From: Eledone cirrhosa
Lineage: Eukaryota
Direction of reading: 5' to 3'
Assembly: GCA_964016885.1 (NCBI GenBank)
Contig: OZ024764.1
Span: 4,774,001 to 4,838,000 of the forward strand
Length of the DNA: 64,000 nucleotides
Position numbers and translations under genes: made by a program. Shown piece after piece: positions 36,286 through 50,055 of this stretch; position 1 is the stretch's first letter; each line of letters opens with the position of its first letter. Below the pieces are notes generated by a model that saw nothing but the letters and a program-made list of their open reading frames with translations, was not told the DNA's origin and ran no database searches.

Positions 36286-36898
36286 ACGGTAAAAACCTCC
36301 CAGTCCACACTGTAAACGTGGTTGGTGTTGGGAAGGGCACCCAGCCGTAGAAAACCCGCCAGACGTGTAGGTGTCACGACAAAAAAACACACAGTCCACG
36401 ATGTAATGTGGCCATGTAGGTAACACTGTAAAAACCTCCCAGTCCACACTGTAAACGTGGTTGGTGTTGGGAAGGGCACCCAGCCGTAGAAAACCCTGCC
36501 AGACGTGTAGGTGTCACGACAAAAAAACACACAGTCCACGATGTAATGTGGCCATGTAGGTAACACTGTAAAAACCTCCCAGTCCACACTGTAAACGTGG
36601 TTGGTGTTGGGAAGGGCACCCAGCCGTAGAAAACCCGCCAGACGTGTAGGTGTCACGACAAAAAAACACAGTCCACGATGTAATGTGGCCGTGTAGGTAA
36701 CACTGTAAAAACCTCCCAGTCCACACTGTAAACGTGGTTGGTGTTAGGAAGGGCATCCAGCCGTAGAAAACCCGCCAGACAGTCCTATACGAGCAGGACA
36801 ACAAATCTTGCCTCAAGTGGGAAAACTCCCGTCCAAACCCATGCAAGCGTGGAAGATGGACGTTAAACGATAATGATGATGATGATGATGATGATGAC
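36286..36898 (+). mobile_element. RTE family B 3'-UTR-only insertion with a ~140-bp module repeated ~3.5 times
   Basis: AGACGTGTAGGTGTCACG at 36361, 36501, 36640; terminal part matches 34610-34813; (GAT)n tail. Confidence 0.92.
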
Positions 36899-37243
36899 AG
36901 TAAAGGCTTTACCTCACATAATATCGGATCTATGAGATTTTGAAAGTATGTATTTTGAGAACAATACCTTAACATCAGCTTGAGTGACCAGTTACAGCCA
37001 GTTTCAACAGAAAGAGGTAGAGAATTCTGGCTGGTTTTGGCCAGTTTCAACATTAAAGGGTTAAAATACCTGTATAGAATGTATAATGCAAGGTGGATGG
37101 AAATAAACTCCTTATTTAAAACTTTTAATAACTTTATTAATTACAAGACGACCTGTGACCCATTAGGTCATGTTTACTTCAAAATATTTTTTAATTAATT
37201 AAAATATACAGTCATGCATATAATGTGAAATGAAACTGGAAGG

Positions 37244-37295
<52 letters not shown>

Positions 37296-37965
37296 GTGTG
37301 TGTATATATGTGATATACAGACATGTATATAATGTGAAATGAAACTGGAAGGCCTATATATATATATATATGTGTGTGGTGTGTGTATATATGTGATATA
37401 CAGACATGTATATAATGTGAAATGAAACTGGAAGGCCTATATATATATATATATGTGTGTGTGGTGTGTGTATATATGTGATATACAGACATGTATATAA
37501 TGTGAAATGAAACTGGAAGGCCTATATATATATATATATATATGTGTGTGGTGTGTGTATATATGTGATATACAGACATGTATATAATGTGAAATGAAAC
37601 TGGAAGGCCTATATATATATATATGTGTGTGTGTGGTGTGTGTATATATGTGATATACAGACATGTATATAATGTGAAATGAAACTGGAAGGCCTATATA
37701 TATATATATATATATGTGTGTGGTGTGTGTATATATGTGATATACAGACATGTATATAATGTGAAATGAAACTGGAAGGCCTATATATATATATATGTGT
37801 GTGTGGTGTGTGTATATATGTGATATACAGACATGTATATAATGTGAAATGAAACTGGAAGGCCTATATATATATATATGTGTGTGGTGTGTGTATATAT
37901 GTGTGTGTGTGTGTGTATATATGTGATATACAGACATGTATATAATGTGAAATGAAACTGGAAGG

Positions 37966-38005
<40 letters not shown>

Positions 38006-38167
38006 GTGTGTGTATATATGTGATATACAGACATGTATATAATGTGAAATGAAACAGGAAGGCCTATATATATCTATATAGGTGTGTGGTGTGTGTATAT
38101 ATGTGTGTGTGTGTGTATATATATGTGACATACAGACATGTATATAATGTGAAATGAAACTGGAAGG

Positions 38168-38203
<36 letters not shown>

Positions 38204-38463
38204 GTGTGTGTATATATGTGTGGTGTGTGTATATATGTGTGTGTGTGTATATATGTGATATACAGACATGTATATAATGTGAAATGAAACTGGAAGGCCT
38301 ATATATATATATATATGTGTGTGGTGTGTGTATATATGTGATATACAGACATGTATATAATGTGAAATGAAACTGGAAGGCCTATATATATATATATATG
38401 TGTGTGGTGTGTATATATGTGATATACAGACATGTATATAATGTGAAATGAAACTGGAAGGCC

Positions 38464-38495
<32 letters not shown>

Positions 38496-38569
38496 GTGTG
38501 TGTATATATGTGATATACAGACATGTATATAATGTGAAATGAAACTGGAAGGCCTATATATATATATAT

Positions 38570-41241
38570 GAGACATCGTTATGCTAGCAGGAGACTTCAA
38601 TGGTCATGTTGGACAGCTCCAGGATGGTTACACTGGGGTACATGGTGGGCATGGTTACGGTTCAAGAAATGAAGAAGGAGTGAGACTTCTTGAATTTTGT
38701 GATGCAAGTACATTGACTATTTGCAACACAAACTTCCAGAAACCTGCCAATCACCTAATAACCTACAAATCTGGTGAGCACATAAGCCAGATTGACTTCC
38801 TGCTAGTTAGGCAGCGGGACAGGCAGATAGTGTCTAATACCAAGGCATACCCTGGGGAAGAATGTACCCCACAGCATAGGTTAGTTGTTAGTGATATCTC
38901 AGTAAGCAAGAGATGGAATGAGCCATATAGGAAGGTGTGGAGAAGAAAGGTCTGGAAGCTAAAAGACCTTTCACTAAAATTCAAATTTAGGAAAGCCCTT
39001 CAAGATGTATATGACGAAAAAGAAGACGATTTAGAGACGTATGACATAGATAATAACTGGAAGTTCTTACGTGACAACTTGCTGAAGGCTACTGATGAAA
39101 CTTGTGGCTGGAGCAGAGCCCCAACCAGACAGAGAGTGACCTGGTGGTGGAACAGCAGTGTAGATAAGGCTATTAGAGACAAAAGACTAGCATGGAAGGC
39201 TTGGAATAAGGGTGGGAGTAGGGAAGAATATACAGCCACTAAGAGAGAAGCTAGACGTCAGGTGTACTTAGCACGCAGGGAGGCAGAGAGTAGGAGGTTT
39301 GCCAATGTTCTGCGACGGGAAGATCAGAGGCGTGCGGTGTTCCACATTGCAAGGCAGTGTGTCAATGCAAATCAGGATGTTGTTGGTGATAAATGTGTCC
39401 GGGATGATGCCGGTGTACTTAGTGTCACGAATGACCAGAAAAAGGAGGCCTGGAAATGCCATTATGAGAGACTGATGAATGTGGAGAACGAATGGGAGAG
39501 AGAGAAATTACCCTTGGTAGATCCGACAGAGGGACCAGCTATTGAGATTGACGAATATAGGGTCCAAGAGGCGATTAGGGAAATGAAAAATGGTAAGGCG
39601 GCCGGACCATCGGGAATAGTTGCTGAGATGCTGAAGGCATCAGGGGACGTAGGCACTAAACTGGTTGCACGCATAATCAATCAGGCTATATATGGTGGTG
39701 TCATACCCAAAGACTGGTGCAGCAGTATTCTCATAAATTGCTACAAAGGTAAAGGGGATGCTTTGGAGAGGAGCAATTATAGGGGTATAAAACTGATAGA
39801 TCAGGTTATGAAAGTGGCAGAAAGGATTTTAGCACAACTAATTAGAGAAAGGGTCAAACTAGATGAGATGCAGTTTGGTTTTGTGCCTGGGAAGAGTACA
39901 ACAGATGCCCTCTTCTTGGTGAGACAAATGCAAGAGAGGTTCTTAGAGAAGAATAAGCCACTATACTTGGCCTTTGTTGACCTAGAGAAGGCCTTTGATA
40001 GGGTACCCCGATCTGTCATCTGGTGGTCCCTAAGGAAGCTGGGTGTTGAGGAATGGCTTGTAAGGACAGTGCAAACTTTGTACAGAGGTACTCTCAGTAA
40101 AGTCAGGGTAGGAATGGAGTTTAGTGAGGAATTCCAGATACAAGTAGGAGTACATCAGGGTTCGGTCCTCAGCCCGCTCTTGTTCATTATAGTCCTCCAA
40201 GCCATAACAGAGGAGTTTAAGACTGGCTGTCCATGGGAACTTCTCTATGCTGACGATCTGGCTCTTATGGCAGAATCAGTAGAGGAGCTAGAGAATAAAT
40301 TCCGGCTATGGAAACAGCAGTTGGAAGCAAGAGGACTGAGAGTAAATCTAGCTAAGACAAAAGTGTTGATGAGTAGAAAAGAGGACAAAACCCTGATTCC
40401 GTCAGGGAAATGGCCATGTTCGATATGCAGAAAAGGAACTGGCATAAATTCTATAAAATGCACACAATGTAGGTCCTGGGTACACAAGAGATGTAGCGGG
40501 ATAGCAGGCAAACTAACAGGTAGGGAGAAATATGTATGCAGTAGATGCACAGGGAAATTAGACAGTAGAAGTCGCACTGATAGACACATTTTTCAAATGC
40601 GAGAGGGCGCTATAGAAGTGGTGGATAGCTTCCGGTACCTAGGAGATCAGATTAGCATGGGAGGAGGGTGTTCCGAGGCCATAGTATCTAGAATAAGGAC
40701 GGGTTGGAAGAAGTTTAGGGAGCTGCTTCCTCTGTTGACGAAGAAGGGTTTCTCCCTGCGTATGAAAGGCCGGTTGTATGATGCCTGTGTGAGGAGCGCG
40801 ATGCTGCATGGTAGTGAGACATGGGCAGCTACCGCAGAAGATATGCGACGGCTGGAGAGAAATGAGGCAAGCATGCTCCGTTGGATGTGCAGTGTAAATG
40901 TGCGTGAACGACCCAGCATAAATGTGTTGAGAGAGAAACTGTGTCTGAGAGGGATAGAATGTAGTGTACGGGAGAGGAGACTGAGGTGGTATGGACATGT
41001 GATGCGCATGGAGGATGACCGATGGGTGAAGAAGTGCCAGGAAATGCCAGTTGAAGGAAGACGAAGTAGAGGTAGACCACGAAAAACATGGGCGGAGGTG
41101 GTGAGAACAGACCTCAGATCATTGAAGCTCACGGTGGAGATGACGAGGGACCGTGACGAGTGGAGAGATGCTGTGCTGAATAAGACCCGTCCCACCCTTG
41201 CAAGCAGGGAAAAGCGGACGTAAAATGATGATGATGATGAT
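38570..41241 (+). mobile_element. RTE family A LINE, 5'-truncated within the endonuclease, young
   Basis: Near-identical to the reverse complement of 57135-59813; (GAT)n tail; flanked by (TA)n on both sides. Confidence 0.97.
38581..41223 (+). CDS. RTE-A polyprotein (partial AP endonuclease, RT, PHD-type finger), 880 aa, N-truncated
   Basis: GDFNGH, QHRLV, YRGIKL, QFGF, FVDLEKAFD, GVHQGSVLSP, LLYADD, C4HC3 motif, FRYLG, RLRWYGHV, GRPRKTW. Confidence 0.93.
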   Translation: MLAGDFNGHVGQLQDGYTGVHGGHGYGSRNEEGVRLLEFCDASTLTICNTNFQKPANHLITYKSGEHISQIDFLLVRQRDRQIVSNTKAYPGEECTPQHRLVVSDISVSKRWNEPYRKVWRRKVWKLKDLSLKFKFRKALQDVYDEKEDDLETYDIDNNWKFLRDNLLKATDETCGWSRAPTRQRVTWWWNSSVDKAIRDKRLAWKAWNKGGSREEYTATKREARRQVYLARREAESRRFANVLRREDQRRAVFHIARQCVNANQDVVGDKCVRDDAGVLSVTNDQKKEAWKCHYERLMNVENEWEREKLPLVDPTEGPAIEIDEYRVQEAIREMKNGKAAGPSGIVAEMLKASGDVGTKLVARIINQAIYGGVIPKDWCSSILINCYKGKGDALERSNYRGIKLIDQVMKVAERILAQLIRERVKLDEMQFGFVPGKSTTDALFLVRQMQERFLEKNKPLYLAFVDLEKAFDRVPRSVIWWSLRKLGVEEWLVRTVQTLYRGTLSKVRVGMEFSEEFQIQVGVHQGSVLSPLLFIIVLQAITEEFKTGCPWELLYADDLALMAESVEELENKFRLWKQQLEARGLRVNLAKTKVLMSRKEDKTLIPSGKWPCSICRKGTGINSIKCTQCRSWVHKRCSGIAGKLTGREKYVCSRCTGKLDSRSRTDRHIFQMREGAIEVVDSFRYLGDQISMGGGCSEAIVSRIRTGWKKFRELLPLLTKKGFSLRMKGRLYDACVRSAMLHGSETWAATAEDMRRLERNEASMLRWMCSVNVRERPSINVLREKLCLRGIECSVRERRLRWYGHVMRMEDDRWVKKCQEMPVEGRRSRGRPRKTWAEVVRTDLRSLKLTVEMTRDRDEWRDAVLNKTRPTLASREKRT

Positions 41242-41703
41242 ATATATATATATGTGTGTGGTGTGTGTATATATGTGATATACAGACATGTATATAATGT
41301 GAAATGAAACTGGAAGGCCTATATATATATATATATATATGTGTGTGGTGTGTGTATATATGTGATATACAGACATGTATATAATGTGAAATGAAACTGG
41401 AAGGCCTATATATATATATATATGTGTGTGGTGTGTGTATATATGTGTGTGTGTGTGTGTATATATGTGATATACAGACATGTATATAATGTGAAATGAA
41501 ACTGGAAGGCCTATATATATATATATATATATGTGTGTGTGGTGTGTGTATATATGTGATATACAGACATGTATATAATGTGAAATGAAACAGGAAGGCC
41601 TATATATATCTATATAGGTGTGTGGTGTGTGTATATATGTGTGTGTGTGTGTATATATATGTGACATACAGACATGTATATAATGTGAAATGAAACTGGA
41701 AGG

Positions 41704-41739
<36 letters not shown>

Positions 41740-42088
41740 GTGTGTGTATATATGTGTGGTGTGTGTATATATGTGTGTGTGTGTATATATGTGATATACA
41801 GACATGTATATAATGTGAAATGAAACTGGAAGGCCTATATATATATATATATGTGTGTGTGGTGTGTGTATATATGTGATATACAGACATGTATATAATG
41901 TGAAATGAAACTGGAAGGCCTATATATATATATATATGTGTGTGTGGTGTGTGTATATATGTGATATACAGACATGTATATAATGTGAAATGAAACTGGA
42001 AGGCCTATATATATATATATATGTGTGTGGTGTGTGTATATATGTGATATACAGACATGTATAAAATGTGAAATGAAACTGGAAGGCC

Positions 42089-42120
<32 letters not shown>

Positions 42121-42454
42121 GTGTGTGTATATATGTAATATACAGACATGTATATAGTGTGAAATGAAACAGGAAGGCCTATATATATATATATATATAT
42201 GTGTGGTATGTGTATATATGTGTGTGTGTGTGTGTGTATATGTGATATACAGACATGTATATAATGTGAAATGAAACTGGAAGGCCTATATATATATATA
42301 TATGTGTGTGTGGTGTGTATATATGTGATATACAGACATGTATATAATGTGAAATGAAACTGGAAGGCCTATATATATATATATATATATGTGTGTGGTG
42401 TGTGTATATATGTGATATACAGACATGTATATAATGTGAAATGAAACTGGAAGG

Positions 42455-42492
<38 letters not shown>

Positions 42493-42719
42493 GTGTGTGT
42501 ATATATGTGATATACAGACATGTATATAATGTGAAATGAAACTGGAAGGCCTATATATATATATATATGTGTGTTTGGTGTGTATATATGTGATATACAG
42601 ACATGTATATAATGTGAAATGAAACTGGAAGGCCTATATATATATATATATATATGTGTGTGGTGTGTGTATATATGTGATATACAGACATGTATATAAT
42701 GTGAAATGAAACTGGAAGG

Positions 42720-42757
<38 letters not shown>

Positions 42758-42984
42758 GTGTGTGTATATATGTGATATACAGACATGTATATAATGTGAA
42801 ATGAAACTGGAAGGCCTATATATATATATATATGTGTGTGTGGTGTGTATATATGTGATATACAGACATGTATATAATGTGAAATGAAACTGGAAGGCCT
42901 ATATATATATATATATATATGTGTGTGGTGTGTGTATATATGTGATATACAGACATGTATATAATGTGAAATGAAACTGGAAGG

Positions 42985-43032
<48 letters not shown>

Positions 43033-43089
43033 GTGTGTGTATATATGTGATATACAGACATGTATATAATGTGAAATGAAACTGGAAGG

Positions 43090-43127
<38 letters not shown>

Positions 43128-43287
43128 GTGTGTGTATATATGTGATATACAGACATGTATATAATGTGAAATGAAACTGGAAGGCCTATATATATATATA
43201 TATGTGTGGTGTGTGTATATATGTGTGTGTGTGTGTGTATATATGTGATATACACACATGTATATAATGTGAAATGAAACTGGAAGG

Positions 43288-43327
<40 letters not shown>

Positions 43328-43384
43328 GTGTGTGTATATATGTGATATACAGACATGTATATAATGTGAAATGAAACAGGAAGG

Positions 43385-43428
<44 letters not shown>

Positions 43429-43603
43429 GTGTGTGTATATATGTGTGGTGTGTGTATATATGTGTGTGTGTGTATATATGTGATATACAGACATGTATAT
43501 AATGTGAAATGAAACTGGAAGGCCTATATATATATATATATGTGTGGTGTGTGTATATATGTGATATACAGACATGTATATAATGTGAAATGAAACTGGA
43601 AGG

Positions 43604-43641
<38 letters not shown>

Positions 43642-43733
43642 GTGTGTGTATATATGTGATATACAGACATGTATATAATGTGAAATGAAACTGCAAGGCC
43701 TATATATATATATATATATATGTGTGGTGTGTG

Positions 43734-43782
<49 letters not shown>

Positions 43783-43906
43783 GATATACAGACATGTATA
43801 TAATGTGAAATGAAACTGGAAGGCCTATATATATATATATGTGTGTGCTGTGTGTATATATGTGATATACAGACATGTATATAACGTGAAATGAAACTGG
43901 AAGGCC

Positions 43907-43938
<32 letters not shown>

Positions 43939-44026
43939 GTGTGTGTATATATGTGATATACAGACATGTATATAATGTGAAATGAAACTGGAAGGCCTAT
44001 ATATATATATATATGTGTGGTGTGTG

Positions 44027-44075
<49 letters not shown>

Positions 44076-44197
44076 GATATACAGACATGTATATAATGTG
44101 AAATGAAACTGGAAGGCCTATATATATATATATGTGTGTGCTGTGTGTATATATGTGATATACAGACATGTATATAATGTGAAATGAAACTGGAAGG

Positions 44198-44235
<38 letters not shown>

Positions 44236-44410
44236 GTGTGTGTATATATGTGATATACAGACATGTATATAATGTGAAATGAAACTGGAAGTCCTATATA
44301 TATATATATATATATATGTGTGTGGTGTGTGTATATGTGATATACAGACATGTATATAATGTGAAATGAAACTGGAAGGCCTATATATATATATATATGT
44401 GTGGTGTGTG

Positions 44411-44448
<38 letters not shown>

Positions 44449-44569
44449 ATATACAGACATGTATATAATGTGAAATGAAACTGGAAGGCCTATATATATA
44501 TATATGTGTGTGGTGTGTGTATATATGTGATATACAGACATGTATATAATGTGAAATGAAACAGGAAGG

Positions 44570-44607
<38 letters not shown>

Positions 44608-44693
44608 GTGTGTGTATATGTGATATACAGACATGTATATAATGTGAAATGAAACTGGAAGGCCTATATATATATATATATGTGTGGTGTGTG

Positions 44694-44731
<38 letters not shown>

Positions 44732-44771
44732 ATATACAGACATGTATATAATGTGAAATGAAACTGGAAGG

Positions 44772-44815
<44 letters not shown>

Positions 44816-44955
44816 GTGTGTGTATATATGTGATATACAGACATGTATATAATGTGAAATGAAACTGGAAGGCCTATATATATATATATATGTGTGTGGT
44901 GTGTATATATGTGATATACAGACATGTATATAATGTGAAATGAAACTGGAAGGCC

Positions 44956-44987
<32 letters not shown>

Positions 44988-45046
44988 GTGTGTGTATATA
45001 TGTGATATACAGACATGTATATAATGTGAAATGAAACTGGAAGGCC

Positions 45047-45080
<34 letters not shown>

Positions 45081-45470
45081 GTGTGTGTATATATGTGATA
45101 TACAGACATGTATATAATGTGAAATGAAACAGGAAGGCCTATATATATCTATATAGGTGTGTGGTGTGTGTATATATGTGTGGTGTGTGTATATATGTGT
45201 GTGTGTGTATATATGTGTGTGTGTGTATATATGTGATATACAGACATGTATATAATGTGAAATGAAACTGGAAGGCCTATATATATATATATATATGTGT
45301 GTGGTGTGTGTATATATGTGTGGTGTGTGTGTGTGTGTATATATGTGATATACAGACATGTATATAATGTGAAATGAAACTGGAAGGCCTATATATATAT
45401 ATATGTGTGTGGTGTGTGTATATATGTGATATACAGACATGTATATAATGTGAAATGAAACTGGAAGGCC

Positions 45471-45504
<34 letters not shown>

Positions 45505-45654
45505 GTGTGTGTATATATGTAATATACAGACATGTATATAGTGTGAAATGAAACAGGAAGGCCTATATATATATATATATGTGTGGTGTGTGTATATATG
45601 TGTATATATGTGATATACAGACATGTATATAATGTGAAATGAAACTGGAAGGCC

Positions 45655-45688
<34 letters not shown>

Positions 45689-45995
45689 GTGTGTGTATAT
45701 ATGTGTGGTGTGTGTATATATGTGTGTGTGTGTATATATGTGATATACAGACATGTATATAATGTGAAATGAAACTGGAAGGCCTATATATATATATATA
45801 TATGTGTGTGGTGTGTGTATATATGTGTGGTGTGTGTATATATGTGTGTGTGTGTGTGTATATATGTGATATACAGACATATATATAATGTGAAATGAAA
45901 CTGGAAGGCCTATATATATATATATATATATGTGTGTGGTGTGTGTATATATGTGATATACAGACATGTATATAATGTGAAATGAAACTGGAAGG

Positions 45996-46045
<50 letters not shown>

Positions 46046-46293
46046 GTGTGTATATATGTAATATACAGACATGTATATAGTGTGAAATGAAACAGGAAGG
46101 CCTATATATATATATATATATATGTGTGTGGTGTGTGTATATATGTGATATACAGACATGTATATAATGTGAAATGAAACAGGAAGGCCTATATATATAT
46201 ATATATGTGTGGTGTGTGTATATATATATGTGTGTGGTGTGTGTATATATGTGATATACAGACATGTATATAATGTGAAATGAAACTGGAAGG

Positions 46294-46380
<87 letters not shown>

Positions 46381-46508
46381 GATATACAGACATGTATATA
46401 ATGTGAAATGAAACTGGAAGGCCTATATATATATATATATATATGTGTGTGGTGTGTGTATATATGTGATATACAGACATGTATATAATGTGAAATGAAA
46501 CTGGAAGG

Positions 46509-46554
<46 letters not shown>

Positions 46555-46611
46555 GTGTGTGTATATATGTGATATACAGACATGTATATAATGTGAAATG
46601 AAACTGGAAGG

Positions 46612-46651
<40 letters not shown>

Positions 46652-46811
46652 GTGTGTGTATATATGTGATATACAGACATGTATATAATGTGAAATGAAA
46701 CTGGAAGGCCTATATATATATATATATGTGTGGTGTGTGTATATATGTGTGTGTGTGTGTGTATATATGTGATATACACACATGTATATAATGTGAAATG
46801 AAACTGGAAGG

Positions 46812-46851
<40 letters not shown>

Positions 46852-46908
46852 GTGTGTGTATATATGTGATATACAGACATGTATATAATGTGAAATGAAA
46901 CAGGAAGG

Positions 46909-46950
<42 letters not shown>

Positions 46951-47125
46951 GTGTGTGTATATATGTGTGGTGTGTGTATATATGTGTGTGTGTGTATATA
47001 TGTGATATACAGACATGTATATAATGTGAAATGAAACTGGAAGGCCTATATATATATATATATGTGTGGTGTGTGTATATATGTGATATACAGACATGTA
47101 TATAATGTGAAATGAAACTGGAAGG

Positions 47126-47165
<40 letters not shown>

Positions 47166-47257
47166 GTGTGTGTATATATGTGATATACAGACATGTATAT
47201 AATGTGAAATGAAACTGCAAGGCCTATATATATATATATATATATGTGTGGTGTGTG

Positions 47258-47306
<49 letters not shown>

Positions 47307-47430
47307 GATATACAGACATGTATATAATGTGAAATGAAACTGGAAGGCCTATATATATATATATGTGTGTGCTGTGTGTATATATGTGATATACAGACAT
47401 GTATATAATGTGAAATGAAACTGGAAGGCC

Positions 47431-47462
<32 letters not shown>

Positions 47463-47550
47463 GTGTGTGTATATATGTGATATACAGACATGTATATAAT
47501 GTGAAATGAAACTGGAAGGCCTATATATATATATATATGTGTGGTGTGTG

Positions 47551-47599
<49 letters not shown>

Positions 47600-47721
47600 G
47601 ATATACAGACATGTATATAATGTGAAATGAAACTGGAAGGCCTATATATATATATATGTGTGTGCTGTGTGTATATATGTGATATACAGACATGTATATA
47701 ATGTGAAATGAAACTGGAAGG

Positions 47722-47759
<38 letters not shown>

Positions 47760-47934
47760 GTGTGTGTATATATGTGATATACAGACATGTATATAATGTG
47801 AAATGAAACTGGAAGTCCTATATATATATATATATATATATGTGTGTGGTGTGTGTATATGTGATATACAGACATGTATATAATGTGAAATGAAACTGGA
47901 AGGCCTATATATATATATATATGTGTGGTGTGTG

Positions 47935-47972
<38 letters not shown>

Positions 47973-48093
47973 ATATACAGACATGTATATAATGTGAAAT
48001 GAAACTGGAAGGCCTATATATATATATATGTGTGTGGTGTGTGTATATATGTGATATACAGACATGTATATAATGTGAAATGAAACAGGAAGG

Positions 48094-48131
<38 letters not shown>

Positions 48132-48217
48132 GTGTGTGTATATGTGATATACAGACATGTATATAATGTGAAATGAAACTGGAAGGCCTATATATATATA
48201 TATATGTGTGGTGTGTG

Positions 48218-48255
<38 letters not shown>

Positions 48256-48295
48256 ATATACAGACATGTATATAATGTGAAATGAAACTGGAAGG

Positions 48296-48337
<42 letters not shown>

Positions 48338-48477
48338 GTGTGTGTATATATGTGATATACAGACATGTATATAATGTGAAATGAAACTGGAAGGCCTATA
48401 TATATATATATATGTGTGTGGTGTGTATATATGTGATATACAGACATGTATATAATGTGAAATGAAACTGGAAGGCC

Positions 48478-48509
<32 letters not shown>

Positions 48510-48568
48510 GTGTGTGTATATATGTGATATACAGACATGTATATAATGTGAAATGAAACTGGAAGGCC

Positions 48569-48602
<34 letters not shown>

Positions 48603-48992
48603 GTGTGTGTATATATGTGATATACAGACATGTATATAATGTGAAATGAAACAGGAAGGCCTATATATATCTATATAGGTGTGTGGTGTGTGTATATATG
48701 TGTGGTGTGTGTATATATGTGTGTGTGTGTATATATGTGTGTGTGTGTATATATGTGATATACAGACATGTATATAATGTGAAATGAAACTGGAAGGCCT
48801 ATATATATATATATATATGTGTGTGGTGTGTGTATATATGTGTGGTGTGTGTGTGTGTGTATATATGTGATATACAGACATGTATATAATGTGAAATGAA
48901 ACTGGAAGGCCTATATATATATATATGTGTGTGGTGTGTGTATATATGTGATATACAGACATGTATATAATGTGAAATGAAACTGGAAGGCC

Positions 48993-49026
<34 letters not shown>

Positions 49027-49176
49027 GTGTGTGTATATATGTAATATACAGACATGTATATAGTGTGAAATGAAACAGGAAGGCCTATATATATATATAT
49101 ATGTGTGGTGTGTGTATATATGTGTATATATGTGATATACAGACATGTATATAATGTGAAATGAAACTGGAAGGCC

Positions 49177-49210
<34 letters not shown>

Positions 49211-49519
49211 GTGTGTGTATATATGTGTGGTGTGTGTATATATGTGTGTGTGTGTATATATGTGATATACAGACATGTATATAATGTGAAATGAAACTGG
49301 AAGGCCTATATATATATATATATATGTGTGTGGTGTGTGTATATATGTGTGGTGTGTGTATATATGTGTGTGTGTGTGTGTATATATGTGATATACAGAC
49401 ATGTATATAATGTGAAATGAAACTGGAAGGCCTATATATATATATATATATATATGTGTGTGGTGTGTGTATATATGTGATATACAGACATGTATATAAT
49501 GTGAAATGAAACTGGAAGG

Positions 49520-49571
<52 letters not shown>

Positions 49572-49819
49572 GTGTGTATATATGTAATATACAGACATGT
49601 ATATAGTGTGAAATGAAACAGGAAGGCCTATATATATATATATATATATGTGTGTGGTGTGTGTATATATGTGATATACAGACATGTATATAATGTGAAA
49701 TGAAACAGGAAGGCCTATATATATATATATATGTGTGGTGTGTGTATATATATATGTGTGTGCTGTGTGTATATATGTGATATACAGACATGTATATAAT
49801 GTGAAATGAAACTGGAAGG

Positions 49820-49906
<87 letters not shown>

Positions 49907-49949
49907 GATATACAGACATGTATATAATGTGAAATGAAACTGGAAGGCC

Positions 49950-49983
<34 letters not shown>

Positions 49984-50055
49984 GTGTGTGTATATATGTG
50001 ATATACAGACATGTATATAATGTGAAATGAAACTGGAAGGCCTATATATATATAT

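Noticed and set aside
40245-41195. Antisense ORFs over the RTE copies
   Set aside because: Shadow frames of the RT ORF, recurring only because the copies are near-identical
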